From: Octopus sinensis
Lineage: Eukaryota
Direction: 5' to 3'
Length of the DNA stretch: 64,000 bases
Assembly: GCF_006345805.1 (NCBI RefSeq)
Contig: NC_042997.1
Span: 212,908,001 to 212,972,000, forward strand
In this document: positions 25,326 through 39,300 of the stretch, piece by piece
How the letters are laid out: the number at the start of each line of letters is the position of its first letter
How positions within the stretch are numbered: position 1 is the first letter of the stretch
The notes under the pieces: generated by a model
What the model was told of the DNA's origin: nothing
What the model saw: only the letters and a program-made list of their open reading frames with translations
Database searches by the model: none
Translations under genes and position numbers: made by a program

Positions 25326-25544
25326 AGCAGCAGCAGTTAGAACAGCCATCATTGACCAAGCTTCTATGTCCTCAACAGAAATGGCCACCGCTTCCACTCT
25401 TCACTCGTTTACTGATTCTATTCCAACAAGTTGAGCAAAGAGAAACCCTGCCCTTCATGTGATTACATTCCAAGCCCAAAAACTGAAGGATTCAAAAGAA
25501 GGGCAGCACAAAGTTTTATCTTTTATTTATTTCAGTCATTAGAC

Positions 25545-25870
25545 TGTGGTCATGCTGGAGTACCACCCTGAATTTTTAGTTGAATGAATCAACCCCTGTG
25601 CTTATTCTATCAATCTCTTTTGCCAAACTGCTAAGTTATGAGGACATAAACACACCAATACCGGTTGTCAAACAGTGGTGGTGGGGGGAAACAGGCATAA
25701 GGACACACATTGATATATACCTATACAAGTGATGAGCTTCTTTCAGTTTCCATCTACCAAATCCACTCACAAAGCTTTGATCAGCCCGAGGCTACAGTAG
25801 AAGACACTTGCCCAAAGTGCCATGCAGTGGGACTGAACCCAGAACCATCTGGTTGCAGAGTAAGCTTCTT
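25545..25870 (-). mobile_element. Degenerate SINE family C
   Basis: Reverse-complement similarity to the head, core and tail of family C. Confidence 0.75.
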
Positions 25871-26165
25871 ACCACACAGCCACAACTGTGCCAAGTTTAC
25901 TTTTATATTTTGTCTTTTGTTTTCTTGTAAATGGTCTGAAAAGTGTGTGTGTGTTTGTGTGCACATGTAGTTTTGGCTACATAGGGTTCATAGAGGGTCA
26001 AAGCATATCAACTCATAGTACCCCACCAATTGGCTGGACAGAATCAAGCTGAGCAGACAGTGAAAAAATGTATTATCAATTTTAAAGCAACGATGGAGAC
26101 CAGTCACTGATTTTGGGCAATTTGGGATTCCAATTGTTTACCAATAATTCAACGGAATTAGAATA

Positions 26166-27446
26166 TGTAGCAGAGACTCTCCATATATGTGCATTCGAAC
26201 GTAACAGGAACCAACTGGCCTTTGGCGCCTGTATCCTGTTGTGTCCACTACTCCGACTGGTTAGTATTGGTACAATTTGTCTCCTTATTTCTTTACTACC
26301 CACAAGGGGCTAAACATAGAGGGGACAAACAAGGACATACAAACGGATTAAGTCGATTACATCGACCCCAGTGCGTAACTGGTACTTAATTTATCGACCC
26401 CGAAAGGATGAAAGGCAAAGTCAACCTTGCCGGAATTTGAACTCAGAACGTAGCGGCAGACGAAATACGGCTACGCATTTCGCCCGGCGTGCTAACGATT
26501 CTGCTAGCTCGCCGCCCTTTTTGTATTGGTACAATTTGTCTCCTCCTCCGTTGTGCCACCTGACCATGGATAGCCACTGAGAGACTTTAGATAGCATCAC
26601 GTGAGCAACCTTTTTTGAACCCTATTTCAAGCCTACCACTTTCTATAAAAACCCAGCTTTTTCCTCAATACATGTCTTTGGTTCTAGACCTTTTAAGGTC
26701 TAACTACTGACCCCACAAGACACAGACGGTTCCAGTAAGAATACCACGGCAGCCACGTTGAGACTTACCAACTTCGTCCAGCAACATTACACCAGCCTCC
26801 ATCTTCATAACATCGTCAACATCATCTCTCTCTCTATGTAGACGGCTCAGCAAGCAACTTGCCCAGGCGCCAACTCTTCTCTGTTTGTGAGTTACTTCAC
26901 CATGGATCAACAGCGATGATATAACCTGCAAGAACTCCTGTACCAAGTGGCCCAGGTAGCAGCAGCAGCATCACAGCCACAACTTCACGTACGACATGTA
27001 CTTGTCACCAGTTCAGCGTCATGGCTGCAACTTCTCGATACAGTATTTCAACTACCGTCTACTAATGACTATGGACAGGTATTATTTATCTCACTTGTGT
27101 CTATGAACTCACCTCTCATCTCGACGGCTGTAGACTCCTTTCACTGTCCACTTCTTCATTGCCATCCTTATACGTTCTTAACACACACATACATCTACGC
27201 TTACACACACACACATATATACATTTTGTTCTCATGACGGCCTGTCTATTACTACTGCATACATGACACACACACACACAGACACACATGTTATTACATC
27301 AATAAATCTTCTCCTAACCATTCTACGCGGTTGTGTTTCCTTTTCCCCCTGGCACTTATATGTGCTATTCAATTAATATTTATTGTATCGACCGTGTGAT
27401 GTACTAAAGAGCCATTCTCGTCACCTCACATCGCGCAGTCTTTACA
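26166..27446 (+). mobile_element. Probable solo LTR of an LTR retrotransposon, interrupted by a SINE
   Basis: Starts TGTAGCAGAGACT and ends AGTCTTTACA (imperfect TG..CA inverted ends). TATAAAA at 26644 and AATAAA at 27301. Relatively CpG-rich and non-coding. No TSD seen. Confidence 0.4.
26286..26522 (-). mobile_element. SINE family M with a 22-bp TSD
   Basis: GTATTGGTACAATTTGTCTCCT at 26264-26285 and 26523-26544. Confidence 0.95.
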
Positions 27447-27665
27447 AACGGTTGCTCTAGCATGAAACAATAAGAAGAAGAAACAAAAAGATGGTTTTAA
27501 AACCATTTATTCATTTCTTACTATGTATATATATATATATATATAAATATGTATACATACATACTCTATTTTCTTTCTTCATTTAGTGTCTGTTTTCCAT
27601 GCTGGCATGAGTTGGTCGGTTTGACAAGAGTTGTTACATACATACATACATATATACATACATAT

Positions 27666-27700
<35 letters not shown>

Positions 27701-28377
27701 CTTTATTTAAAGCAGCAGAAAATTCAACAAAACCTGTTACTCTGAGTTTCGCGTTGCCGTTCATCGGACAGTTTTTGCTAGAACATAACCGATATGTCAA
27801 TTCTATCCAGACTAGTATAAACGCTACACCTTTAAAAATGGACTTGAGTATTTGCGTACTCTTTTTTCCACCTTGTTTCACATTTATGTGTTTACTCCAG
27901 TATATATATATATAGGGAGATAAATAAAAATATATATGCATACATACAAACATATATGTACGTACCTACATCTACATGTATATATACATGCATATATAAA
28001 TAATTATACGGGAGTACAGGACATCACAATAAGACGTAGAAACGGAAAAAGCCAAAAAACAAAAAACAAGAAAACGGAAAACGAAAAACAAGAAAACGAA
28101 AAACAAATACAGGACGAGCTACACAAGGACAAAACCCCCGTCATCAGCTGTCGCTAGAGGAGTCAGGCATATTTCGAAGGCATAACAGAACACTAATCCA
28201 ATAGGCCTTCCTGCGAGAGAATTAAAATAAAATTCCAAGCAGCGGGGCAAAATGAGTACGAACACAAACAAGACGTAACAATAAGACTGCAAAATTAAAA
28301 TACATGTACAAAAACAAACACAAGAGGACGAACGAAAAAGCCTTTTTTCTGGCATAGACAAACGATAAAACTTCAAG

Positions 28378-28560
28378 TGTCTGTCTCCTACGATTTAGAT
28401 TCCTAACTCCTCCCACATTTTGCGGTGCAGTTTAACCAAATTCGGGTATCTTATAGTCGTGATTAATATCGAGCCCGTCTGGCTATTAGCGCGCGTCTAC
28501 GATGAGTCTACGATTTTAAAAATAATTTAACATCATTTTTTATTCCATTTTAATGCATAA
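28378..28560 (+). mobile_element. Fragment of the Helitron family found at 7583-7881
   Basis: GTGTCTGTCTCCTACGATTTAGATTC..GTCTACGATGAGTCTACGATTT is the reverse complement of 7720-7855. Confidence 0.85.
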
Positions 28561-28589
28561 TTATGTATATATATATATATATATACAAA

Positions 28590-28772
28590 CGATGCTGGTG
28601 TGTTTATGTCCCCGTCACTTAGCGGTTCGGCAAAAGAGACCGATAGAATAAGTACTGGGCTTACAAAGAATAAGTCCCGAGGTCGAGTTGCTCGATTAAA
28701 GGCGGTGCTCCAGCATGGCCGCAGTCAAATGACTGAAACAAGTAAAAGTAAAAGTAAGTAAAGTAAAAGTAA
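28590..28772 (+). mobile_element. 5'-truncated SINE family C (3' half only)
   Basis: GATGCTGGTGTGTTTATGTCCCC..GACTGAAACAAGTAAAAG. Confidence 0.9.
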
Positions 28773-28839
28773 GTAGTAATATATAATAATAAATGTATGT
28801 ATATATGTGTGTGTGTATATATATATATATATACATGCA

Positions 28840-29490
28840 TATATGGGTACAGAACCGACGGTGCAAATAACATGAAATACGTAAACAACGAGAAACAATG
28901 AAAAGCAGAGCAAGTAAACACAGAGGAAGGACCCTTCATCTGCTGCTGGCTGTCTATCTGCTCCTCATCTCGAGCATTCAATGACAATATGAGTCTTCAA
29001 AGACAGTTGCTCCCATAAATTCTAAAATAAAATTTAGGATTCATGGAGGGTCAACGTTGGGAACAAAAACATGACAGTGGAGACACACAAGGAAACCGAA
29101 GGAAGACAACCACGGAGGGTCATTTGACCAGAACGAAAGGAAATTAGTGAACAGCAGCAGAAACATTTTTTTGAAAGGAGAAGAGGTAGAAGAGAGAGAG
29201 AGAGAGAGAGAGAGAAAGAATCGCATCCGTTCTTTTGAACGTCCGTGCAGGAAATGAAATATGGTCACGTGAGGAAAAGATGGACGATGGTCACGTGCGA
29301 GCAACGAGAGAGAGAGAGAGAGAGAAAAAGAAAGAAGAGAGGGGGAATAGAGAGAGATAGAAAACGGTGAAGGAGCGAGGGAGAAAAGGGAATAGAGAAG
29401 GTCGGAGGAAGAAAACAGTGTAGAGTAGAGAGTTGTATCAAAAAGGTGAAGATAAACTTACTTGCAAATGGATGTGTCGCGTTTAATTAA
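28840..29490 (-). mobile_element. Probable Penelope-like terminal-repeat remnant
   Basis: Non-coding repeat-like sequence with a degenerate TTGAAGA..CGAGA hammerhead-like trace near 28950-29010 (-). The assignment is inferential. Confidence 0.35.
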
Positions 29491-29510
29491 ATAATAAATA
29501 ATAAATGATG

Positions 29511-29561
<51 letters not shown>

Positions 29562-30129
29562 TGCCAATTTGACAACTCCACTAGAGTGGATGAAAGCGCT
29601 AATATATGATATATGATTTATAAAAACATGTAACATACTAATAAATATTTGTAAATATAAAACCATCCAGATTTCTGAGTACCTCATTTCTTCCAATACA
29701 TATATACATACATACATATATACACACATACACATACTCACACACACACAGAAAAGCATAACTACCGCGAAAATATAAAGATATATAGGGAATGAAGTAG
29801 GGAGTTTGAGGGGCACAAGCCTCTTCCAGAAAAAATAGATTCAGATGAAAATTTTAAAATTTTATATATATATCAGTATACGTAAAATATTTTTATATAT
29901 TTTCTAATATTTTTTAAATATCTCTTTAATATCTTTTTAACAACACTCTAGTTTTTCTACCCTTATATGTCTATTATATATATGTCTATTATATTTATGT
30001 ATCTGCAAATTTTTCATATTTTTCAATATATTAATGAGTACATATCTAATGTCTCAGGTTGTCTACTTCAGCACTTTATAACACTGTCTATATAATAAAC
30101 AAAGATGTAATTATATCAGTATATACATG

Positions 30130-30480
30130 TATTACTCCGCAACTGGCTTCGAAATAGAATGTAAAAACCAGACCTTCCTCTAGAATAAGCATGAGCATGA
30201 ACTTCAAAGCAGGAAACATCTACTCCAATCGTAAAGAAAATAAGATCAGCCAGCCCAGAAACTGCTCGCTTGAAAGGTTAAGGATGCATAAACAACAAAT
30301 AAATCATCCCCAATTAAGTAAAATTCGTTCGAAGAGAAAATTTACAAATTTATGGGAACAACAAAGTCAATTTTCTTTTTTTACCAATACTGAAGAGACA
30401 ATCCAATATGTTGTTTGGAAATAGAGACATTTTGCAAAAAGATTTTTGCCATAACTAAATAACTACTTAAAGAAAAATGA
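30130..30480 (+). mobile_element. Decayed GIY-YIG endonuclease remnant of a Penelope-like element
   Basis: LERLRMHKQQINHP and the terminal RHFAKRFLP*LN resemble the R..HKQQI and F.P.LN motifs of PLE endonuclease C-termini. Confidence 0.5.
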
Positions 30481-30819
30481 TATGATCAAATTAAAAGAAT
30501 TTTATGTTTTGAAACTTTCCTACGGATGAGATGAAAGTGCTAAATTTAAGTATTTCTTTTTTAATTTTCTCTATTCGAGAAAAAGAGGTTTCATTTTATT
30601 TTTTCCCTAACTGATCACACTTTTCTTTCTTTTTTACTACCCTTTTATTAATTCTAAACAAGAGAGAGAACTTATGATCTTATATATCCATGTACCTACG
30701 TGTATCCTTTATGTACGTATGGGCATAAATACATTTGTGTGTCTGTGTTTGCCCGTAAGCATGTAGATATTTATATATCATAGGCCAATATTCACATGCC
30801 CCAACGCATACAGAATCAC

Positions 30820-33800
30820 CCATCCATGCAGACACACTCACCCATCCATGCAGACACACTCACCCATCCATGCAGACACACTTACCCATCCATGCAGACA
30901 CACTCACCCATCCATGCAGACACACTCACCCATCCATGCAGACACACTCACACATCCATGCAGACACACTCACACATCCATGCAGACACACTCACCCATC
31001 CATGCAGACACACTCACCCATCCATGCAGACACACTCACACATCCATGCAGACATACTCACCCATCCATGCAGACACACTCACCCATCCATGCAGACACA
31101 CTCACACATCCATGCAGACCACTCACACATCCATGCAGACACACTCACCCATCATGCAGACACACTCACACATCCATGCAGACACCACTCACCCATCCAT
31201 GCAGACACACTCACCCATCCATGCAGACACACTCACACATCCATGCAGACACATCACCCATCCATGCAGACACACCCACACATCCTGCAGACACTCACAC
31301 ATCCATGCAGACACACTCCACACTCCATGCAGACACACTCACCCATCCATGCAGACACACTCACCCATCCATGCAGACACACTCACACATCCATGCAGAC
31401 ACACTCACACATCCATGCAGACACACTCACCCATCCATGCAGACACACTCACACATCCATGCAGACACACTCACCCATCCATGCAGACACACTCACACAT
31501 CCATGCAGACACACTCACACATCCATGCAGACACACTCACCCATCCATGCAGACACACTCACCACATCCATGCAGACACACTCACACATCCATGCAGACA
31601 CACTCACCCATCCATGCAGACACACTCACACATCCATGCAGAGACACATCACCCATCCATGCAGACCACACTCACACATCCATGCAGACACACTCACCCA
31701 TCCATGCAGACACCACTCACACATCCATGCAGAAAATCACCCATCCTGCAGACCAATTCAGATCACACTCACCCATCTATGCAGACACACTCACACATCC
31801 ATGCAGACCACACTCACACATCCATGCAGACACACTCACAATCCATGCAGACACACTCACACATCATGCAGACACACACACCCATCCATGCAGACACACT
31901 CACACATCCATGCAGACACACTCACCCATCCATGCAGACACACTCACACATCCAGCAGACACACTCACCCATCCATGCAGAACACACTCAACCATCCATG
32001 CAGACACGCTCACACATCCATGCAGACACACTCACCCATCCATGCAGACACACTCAACATCCATGCAGACACACTCACAATCCATGAAGAACACACTCAC
32101 ACATCCATGCAGACACATCACCCATCCATGCAGACACACTCACCCATCCATGCAGACACACCACACCCATCCATGCAGACACACTCACACATCCATGCAG
32201 ACACACTCACCCATCCATGCAGGACACACTCACCCATCCATGCGACACACACTCACCCATCCAGCAGACACACACTCACCCATCCATGCAGACATACTCA
32301 CACATCCATGCAGACACACTCACACATCATGCAGACACACACCATCCATGCAGACCACACTCACCCATCCATGCAGACACACTCACCCATCCATGCAGAC
32401 ACACTCACCCATCCATGCAGACACACTCACCCATCCATGCAGACACACTCACCCATCCATGCAGACCACACTCACCATCCATGCAGACCACACACACACA
32501 TCCATGCAGACACACTCACCCATCCATGCAGACACACTCACACCTCCATGCAGACACACTCAACATCCATGCAGACACACTCACCCATCCATGCAGACAC
32601 ACTCACCCATCCATGCAGACACTCTCACCCTCCATGCAGACACACTCACACATCCATGCAGACACACTCAACCCATCCATGCAGACACACTCACCCATCC
32701 ATGCAGACACACTCACACATCCATGCAGAACACACTCACCATCCATGCAGACACACTCACACATCCATGCAGACACACTCACCCATCCATGCAGACACAC
32801 TCACCAATCCATGCAGACACACTCACCCATCCATGCAGACCAACACTCACCCCTCCATGCAGACACACTCACACATCCATGCAGACACACTCACCCATCC
32901 ATGCAGACACACTCACACATCCATGCAGACACACTCACAATCCATGCAGACACCACTCACCCATCCATGCAGACACCACTCCACCATCCATGCAGACACA
33001 CTCACCATCCATGCAGACACACTCACACATCCATGCAGACACATTCACCCATCATGCAGACACACTCACCATCCATGCAGACACACTCACACATCCATGC
33101 CGACACACTCACCCATCCATGCAGACACACTCACCCATCCATGCAGACACACTCACACATCCATGCAGACACTCACCACCATCCATGCAGACACACTCAC
33201 CCATCCATGCAGACACACTCACACATCCATGCAGAACACTCACCAACATCCATGCGACACACTCACCCATCCATGCAGACACATCACACATCATGCAGAC
33301 ACACTCACACATCCATGCAGACACACTCACCATCATGCAGACACACTCACACATCCATGCAGACACACTACCCATCCATGCAGGACACACACCACCATCC
33401 CATGCAGCCACACTCACACATCCATGCAGAACACACTCACCCATCATGCAGACACACTCACCACTCCATGCAGACACACTCACACATCCATGCAGACACA
33501 CTCCCATCCATGCAGACACACTCCCACATCCATGCAGACACACTCGCCCATCCATGCAGACACACTCACACATCCATGCAGACACACTCACCATCAGCAG
33601 GACACACTCACCCATCCATGCAGACACACTCACCCATCCATGCAGACACCACTCACCCATCCATGCAGACACACTCACCATCCATGCAGACACACTCACA
33701 CATCCATGCAAGACACACTCACCATCCATGCAGACACACTCACACATCCATGCAGACACACTCACACATCCATGCAGACACACTCACCCATCCATGCAGA

Positions 33801-36592
33801 CACACTCACCCATCCATGCAGACACACTCACACATCCATGCAGACACACTCACCCATCCATGCAGACACACTCACCCATCCATGCAGACACACTCACACT
33901 TCCATGCAGACACACTCACACATCCATGCAGACACACTCACCCATCCATGCAGACACACTCACACATCCATGCAGACACACTCACCCATCCATGCAGACA
34001 CACTCAACACATCCATGCAGACACACTCACCCATCCATGCAGACACACTCACCCATCCATGCAGACACACTCACCATCCATGCAGACACACTCCACTCCA
34101 TCCTGCAGACACACTCACACATCCATGCAGACACACTCACACATCCATGCAGACACCTCACCCATCCATGCAGACACACACTCACCCATCCATGCAGACA
34201 CACTCACACATCCATGCAGACACACTCACACATCCATGCAGACACACTCACCCATCCATGCAGACACACTCACACATCCATGCAGACACACTCACCCATC
34301 CATCCATGCAGACACACTCACACATCCATGCAGACACACTCACCCATCCATGCAGACACACTCACCATCCATGCAGACACACTCACACATCCATGCAGAC
34401 ACACTCACCCATCCATGCAGACACACTCACCCATCCATGCAGACACACTCACACATCCATGCAGACACACTCACACATCCATGCAGACACACTCACCCAT
34501 CCATGCAGACACACTCACCCATCCATGCAGACACACTCACACATCCATGCAGACACACTCACCCATCTATGCAGACACACTCACCCATCCATGCAGACAC
34601 ACTCACACATCCATGCAGACACACTCATCACACCATCCATGCAGACACCTCACACATCCATGCAGACACACTCACCCATCCATGCAGACACACTCACACA
34701 TCCATGCAGACACACTCACCCATCCATGCAGACACACTCACACATCCATGCAGACACACTCACCCATCCATGCAGACACACTCACACATCCATGCAGACA
34801 CACTCACACATCCATGCAGACACACTCACCCATCCATGCAGACACACTCACACATCCATGCAGACACACTCACCCATCCATGCAGACACACTCACCCATC
34901 CATGCAGACACACTCACCCATCCATGCAGACACACTCACACATCCATGCAGACACACTCACCCATCCATGCAGACACACTCACACATCCATGCAGACACA
35001 CTCACCCATCCATGCAGACACACTCACACATCCATGCAGACACACTCACCCATCCATGCAGACACACTCACACATCCATGCAGACACACTCACCCATCCA
35101 TGCAGACACACTCACACACCATGCAGACACACTCACCCATCCATGCAGACACACTCACACATCCATGCAGACACACTCACCCATCCATGCAGACACACAC
35201 ACTCCACATCCTGCAGACACACTCACACATCCATGCAGACCCTCACACATCCATGCAGACACACTCACACATCCATGCAGACACACCACACACATCCATG
35301 CAGACACACTCACACATCCATGCAGACACACTCACCCATCCATGCAGACACACTCACACATCCATGCAGACACACTCACACATCCATGCAGACACACTCA
35401 CCCATCCATGCAGACACACTCACACATCCATGCAGACACACTCACCCATCCATGCAGACACACTCACACATCCATGCAGACACACTCACCCATCCATGCA
35501 GACACACTCACACATCCATGCAGACACACTCACACATCCATGCAGACACACTCACACATCCATGCAGACACACTCACACATCCATGCAGACACACTCACC
35601 CATCCATGCAGACACACTCACACATCCATGCAGACACACTCACCCATCCATGCAGACACACTCACACATCCATGCAGACATACTCACCCATCCATGCAGA
35701 CACACTCACACATCCATGCAGACACACTCACACATCCATGCAGACACACTCACACATCCATGCAGACACACTCACCCATCCATGCAGACACACTCACACA
35801 TCCATGCAGACACACTCACACATCCATGCAGACACACTCACACATCCATGCAGACACACTCACACATCCATGCAGACACACTCACCCATCCATGCAGACA
35901 CACTCACACATCCATGCAGACACACTCACACCTCCATGCAGACACATCACACATCCATGCAGACACACTCACCCATCCATGCAGACACACTCACACATCC
36001 ATGCAGACACACTCACCCATCCATGCAGACACACTCACACATCCATGCAGACACACTCACACATCCATGCAGACACACTCACACATCCATGCAGACCACA
36101 CTCACCATCCATGCAGACACACTCACACATCCATGCAGACACACTCACCATCCATGCAGACACACTCACACATCCATGCAGACACACTCACCCATCCATG
36201 CAGACACACTCACCCATCCATGCAGACACACTCACCCATCCATGCAGACACACTCACACATCCATCAGACACACTCACACATCCATCAGACACACTCACC
36301 CCTCCATGCAGACACACTCACACACCATCCATCAGACACACCTCACACATCCATGCAGACAACACTCACCCATCCATGCAGACACACTCACACATCCATG
36401 CAGACACACTCACACATCCATGCAGACACACTCACCCATCCATGCAGACACACTCACATCCATGCAGACACACTCACACATCCATGCAGACACACTCACC
36501 CATCCATGCAGACACACTCACACATCCATGCAGACACACTCACCCATCCATGCAGACACACTCACCCATCCATGCAGACACACTCACACATC
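30820..36592. repeat. Satellite, 22-bp unit CATCCATGCAGACACACTCAC(C/A), about 260 copies
   Basis: Direct reading. Two alternating variants. Many indels in 31100-33750. Confidence 0.98.
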
Positions 36593-37758
36593 TTTGCGCT
36601 CAGATAGGTTTTCACAGAAGGACATAAATATTTCACTAAGCTCACTTCAAAATACATTAACTTTAAAATTTTGACTCGTTACAAATTATCACTTGTCACC
36701 TGACCTATTCAACAATTTCTTTACCATATACGTGCATGCATAGGATAAATAATAGGCACTGCGTTTCTAAACCATCACCATCATCATCATCTCTACCACC
36801 ACCACCACCACCAACATCGTTTTAAAAAGATTTAACCATTTCATATCTGCCCGAATGTGCCTGGACTGTATTGAATGATGATTACAAACCTTCATTGAAA
36901 TAATAAAAATTTGGTGATCCTGTGAAAAGTTAGGAATTCGTGTTTTAGTATGACATCCTTTGACATGTACAAAGAAAAATGGAAAAAAAAAAACTGATCA
37001 AACAACATTAAAAATTAATAAACCGTTTGGTAGAATAATACTAGTCGTTGTTCCTTTAACGTAAGAATGATTGATCGATTAACTTACTACAAAGCCTCTC
37101 CAACATTGTTTCTTTTGCAGACTTCACTAAAAAGCAAAGTCATACTTTTCAAGCCTGCTGCAAGTTTTAATTTAAAGACAACAGATTTAAGCTCATGGCT
37201 GAATGTTCACCCGAGGGGGCACACTCATTATGGCCTTGATATAATATTAACAACGCAACTTTGTATTTCATCGTGTTTTCCCGTTAGTTTTCTTCCTCGT
37301 TTCTCTCCTTCCTTCAACTAATCGCTTGCTAGAGCGCTTTCAAAAGCTGTTTACATTAAGCTAGAGAACTAACAGATCCCAGATATCGCAAGCTGCTAGC
37401 TAAAGCTATCACCACCAACGTAACAAACATATCGATTAATCGATAATGTAAGCAACAACTGCAAAATCGAATTGCAATGATTAAGTTCACAATTATTAAT
37501 ATTTCAGTAGCTTTGTTTTTGTTGCTTGTCTTTCATTGCTCAACAGAGCGCAGCTGTGTGTGCCTTGGATACGTGCAACGTTTTGTTTTTGTTTTCTCTT
37601 GCACTGGAACGACTGTATATAATATTTGTGTAGTAACTTTTAGCAATATTTCCTGAATATTGTGTATATCTGTAAGTCCTTGCTGTTTGGTGATGTATTT
37701 GTCTGTCACTCTGCAGGTACTATTATAGACATTGTTTTGTGCCGTAAATTTCCACATA

Positions 37759-37920
37759 GGCGCAGGAGTGGCTGTGTGGTAAGTAGCTTGCTAACCAACC
37801 ACATGGTTCCGGGTTCAATCCCACTGCGTGGCATCTTAGGCAAGTGTCTTCTGCTATAGCCCCGGGCCGACCAATGCCTTGTGAGTGGATTTGGTAGACG
37901 GAAACTGAAGGAAGCCTGTC

Positions 37921-38007
<87 letters not shown>

Positions 38008-38183
38008 GTCTGTGTTTGTTCCCCTAGCATTGCTTGACATCCGATGCTTAGCGGTTCGGCAAAAAGAGACCGATAGAATAAGTACTGGGCTTGCAAAAAG
38101 AATAAGTCCCGGGGTCGAGTTGCTCGACTAAAGGCGGTGCTCCAGCATGGCCGCAGTCAAATGACTGAAACAAGTAAAAGAGT
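37759..38183 (+). mobile_element. SINE family C with a long internal (TA)n(TG)n
   Basis: Full-length match to the other family C copies. Confidence 0.92.
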
Positions 38184-38189
38184 ATTCTG

Positions 38190-39130
38190 GTACTTTCCTG
38201 AGCATTATAGTTGGATAATTTCTCCATTTCTTTTAGAGATATCGATTGTTGGAAGTGATATTTCTATCAGAATCACTTCTTTTCTTGCTGCTTTGTTACA
38301 ACAATACCTAATCGATTACCCCTGATCTCCTTGTCCTTGGGCTTTGTGTCATTTTTCTTGATATCGTCTCCATGTGACTCACTTGTCGCCCAATTTTAAC
38401 TCAGACTTTACCTTTCACAATTTCTCTCCTTTCTCTTTCAGTTCACTCTTTGTTATTTCTTTTATATTTGTTGGTTTCCTTCAAAGCAAAAACATTTTCC
38501 CTGTTCATGGTTTGCCTATTATTTTTACTTTTGCTACTTTGTTCTAAGTTAACTATATATCCAATATGTAGGCCTATATAATATCATTTCTTTGCTATTT
38601 CCTTCAAGTATTCCTATTGTAATCTGTATGGTTCATCGATCATTGTCTGTCATCATCTAATTCTCTTATCACTTTCTTTTTTTTTTTTCTTTATCTAGCA
38701 TGACATTATCCTCTCTTCAAGGTTGCCTGGGCGGAATTTTCTACCCTGAATCTTGTGTGTGTGCGTGTGCGTGCATGCGTGCGTGTGCATATATTCAAGT
38801 CAGTTTCTTGTAGATAATGATATATCGATATCTTCCGTGTTATTGCAGTTAAGACTTCGTAAGCTGTAGGCAGCTTATTAATCCATAGTTGATGGCCAGA
38901 AAGATGGGTTTTTTTCTTTCTTTTCGAATTGGTGAATAGGTGAATTTTCCTCTTCTCAGGATGTCTTTTCTTATTCTTTCATTCAGTTATTAACTATTTC
39001 TGCCGACATCTCATGTGTTCCCTTTAAATAGGTCTTCTTGGTGCCTTGAATTTTATCATTTCTTCTTATCTCACCGGTTATCTGTCTTCTGTAGCGCTGG
39101 ATTACTTCTTGGGTTGAAATGGCCTTTGTA
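38190..39130 (-). mobile_element. Decayed R4/Dong-type (restriction-like endonuclease) non-LTR retrotransposon
   Basis: The minus strand gives LPTAYEVLTAIT (RT motif like CLPT.YK.LT) and, across frameshifts, DKEIR.NRL.IVV..K..K.VILIEIS..KEMEKLSNY (PD..D-type endonuclease). Confidence 0.55.
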
Positions 39131-39300
39131 TAACGTTCTGAGTTCAAATTCCGCCGAGGTCGACTTTGCCTTTCATCCTTTCGGGGTCGATTAAATAAGT
39201 ACCAGTTACGCACTGGGGTCGATGTAATCGACTTAATCCCTTTGCCTGTCCTTGTTTGTCCTCTCTGTGCTTAGCCCCTTCTGGACAGTATAGAAATATA
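39131..39300 (+). mobile_element. 5'-truncated SINE family M
   Basis: GAGTTCAAATTCCGCCGAGGTCGACTTTGCCTTTCATCC core. Confidence 0.88.

Noticed and set aside
28130-28230. CTGATGA plus GAAGGC/GCCTTC-GAAA as a hammerhead
   Set aside because: The motifs are in the wrong order and spacing. No valid core precedes the stem, and the cleavage triplet would end in G.
29240-29310. Two GGTCACGTG E-box/CLEAR-like motifs
   Set aside because: They lie within a probable repeat remnant, and two sites are not enough to claim regulatory function.
30796-36674. 1485-1943-aa His/Thr-rich ORFs
   Set aside because: The 22-bp satellite unit simply lacks plus-strand stops. All three frames give the same cyclic peptide.
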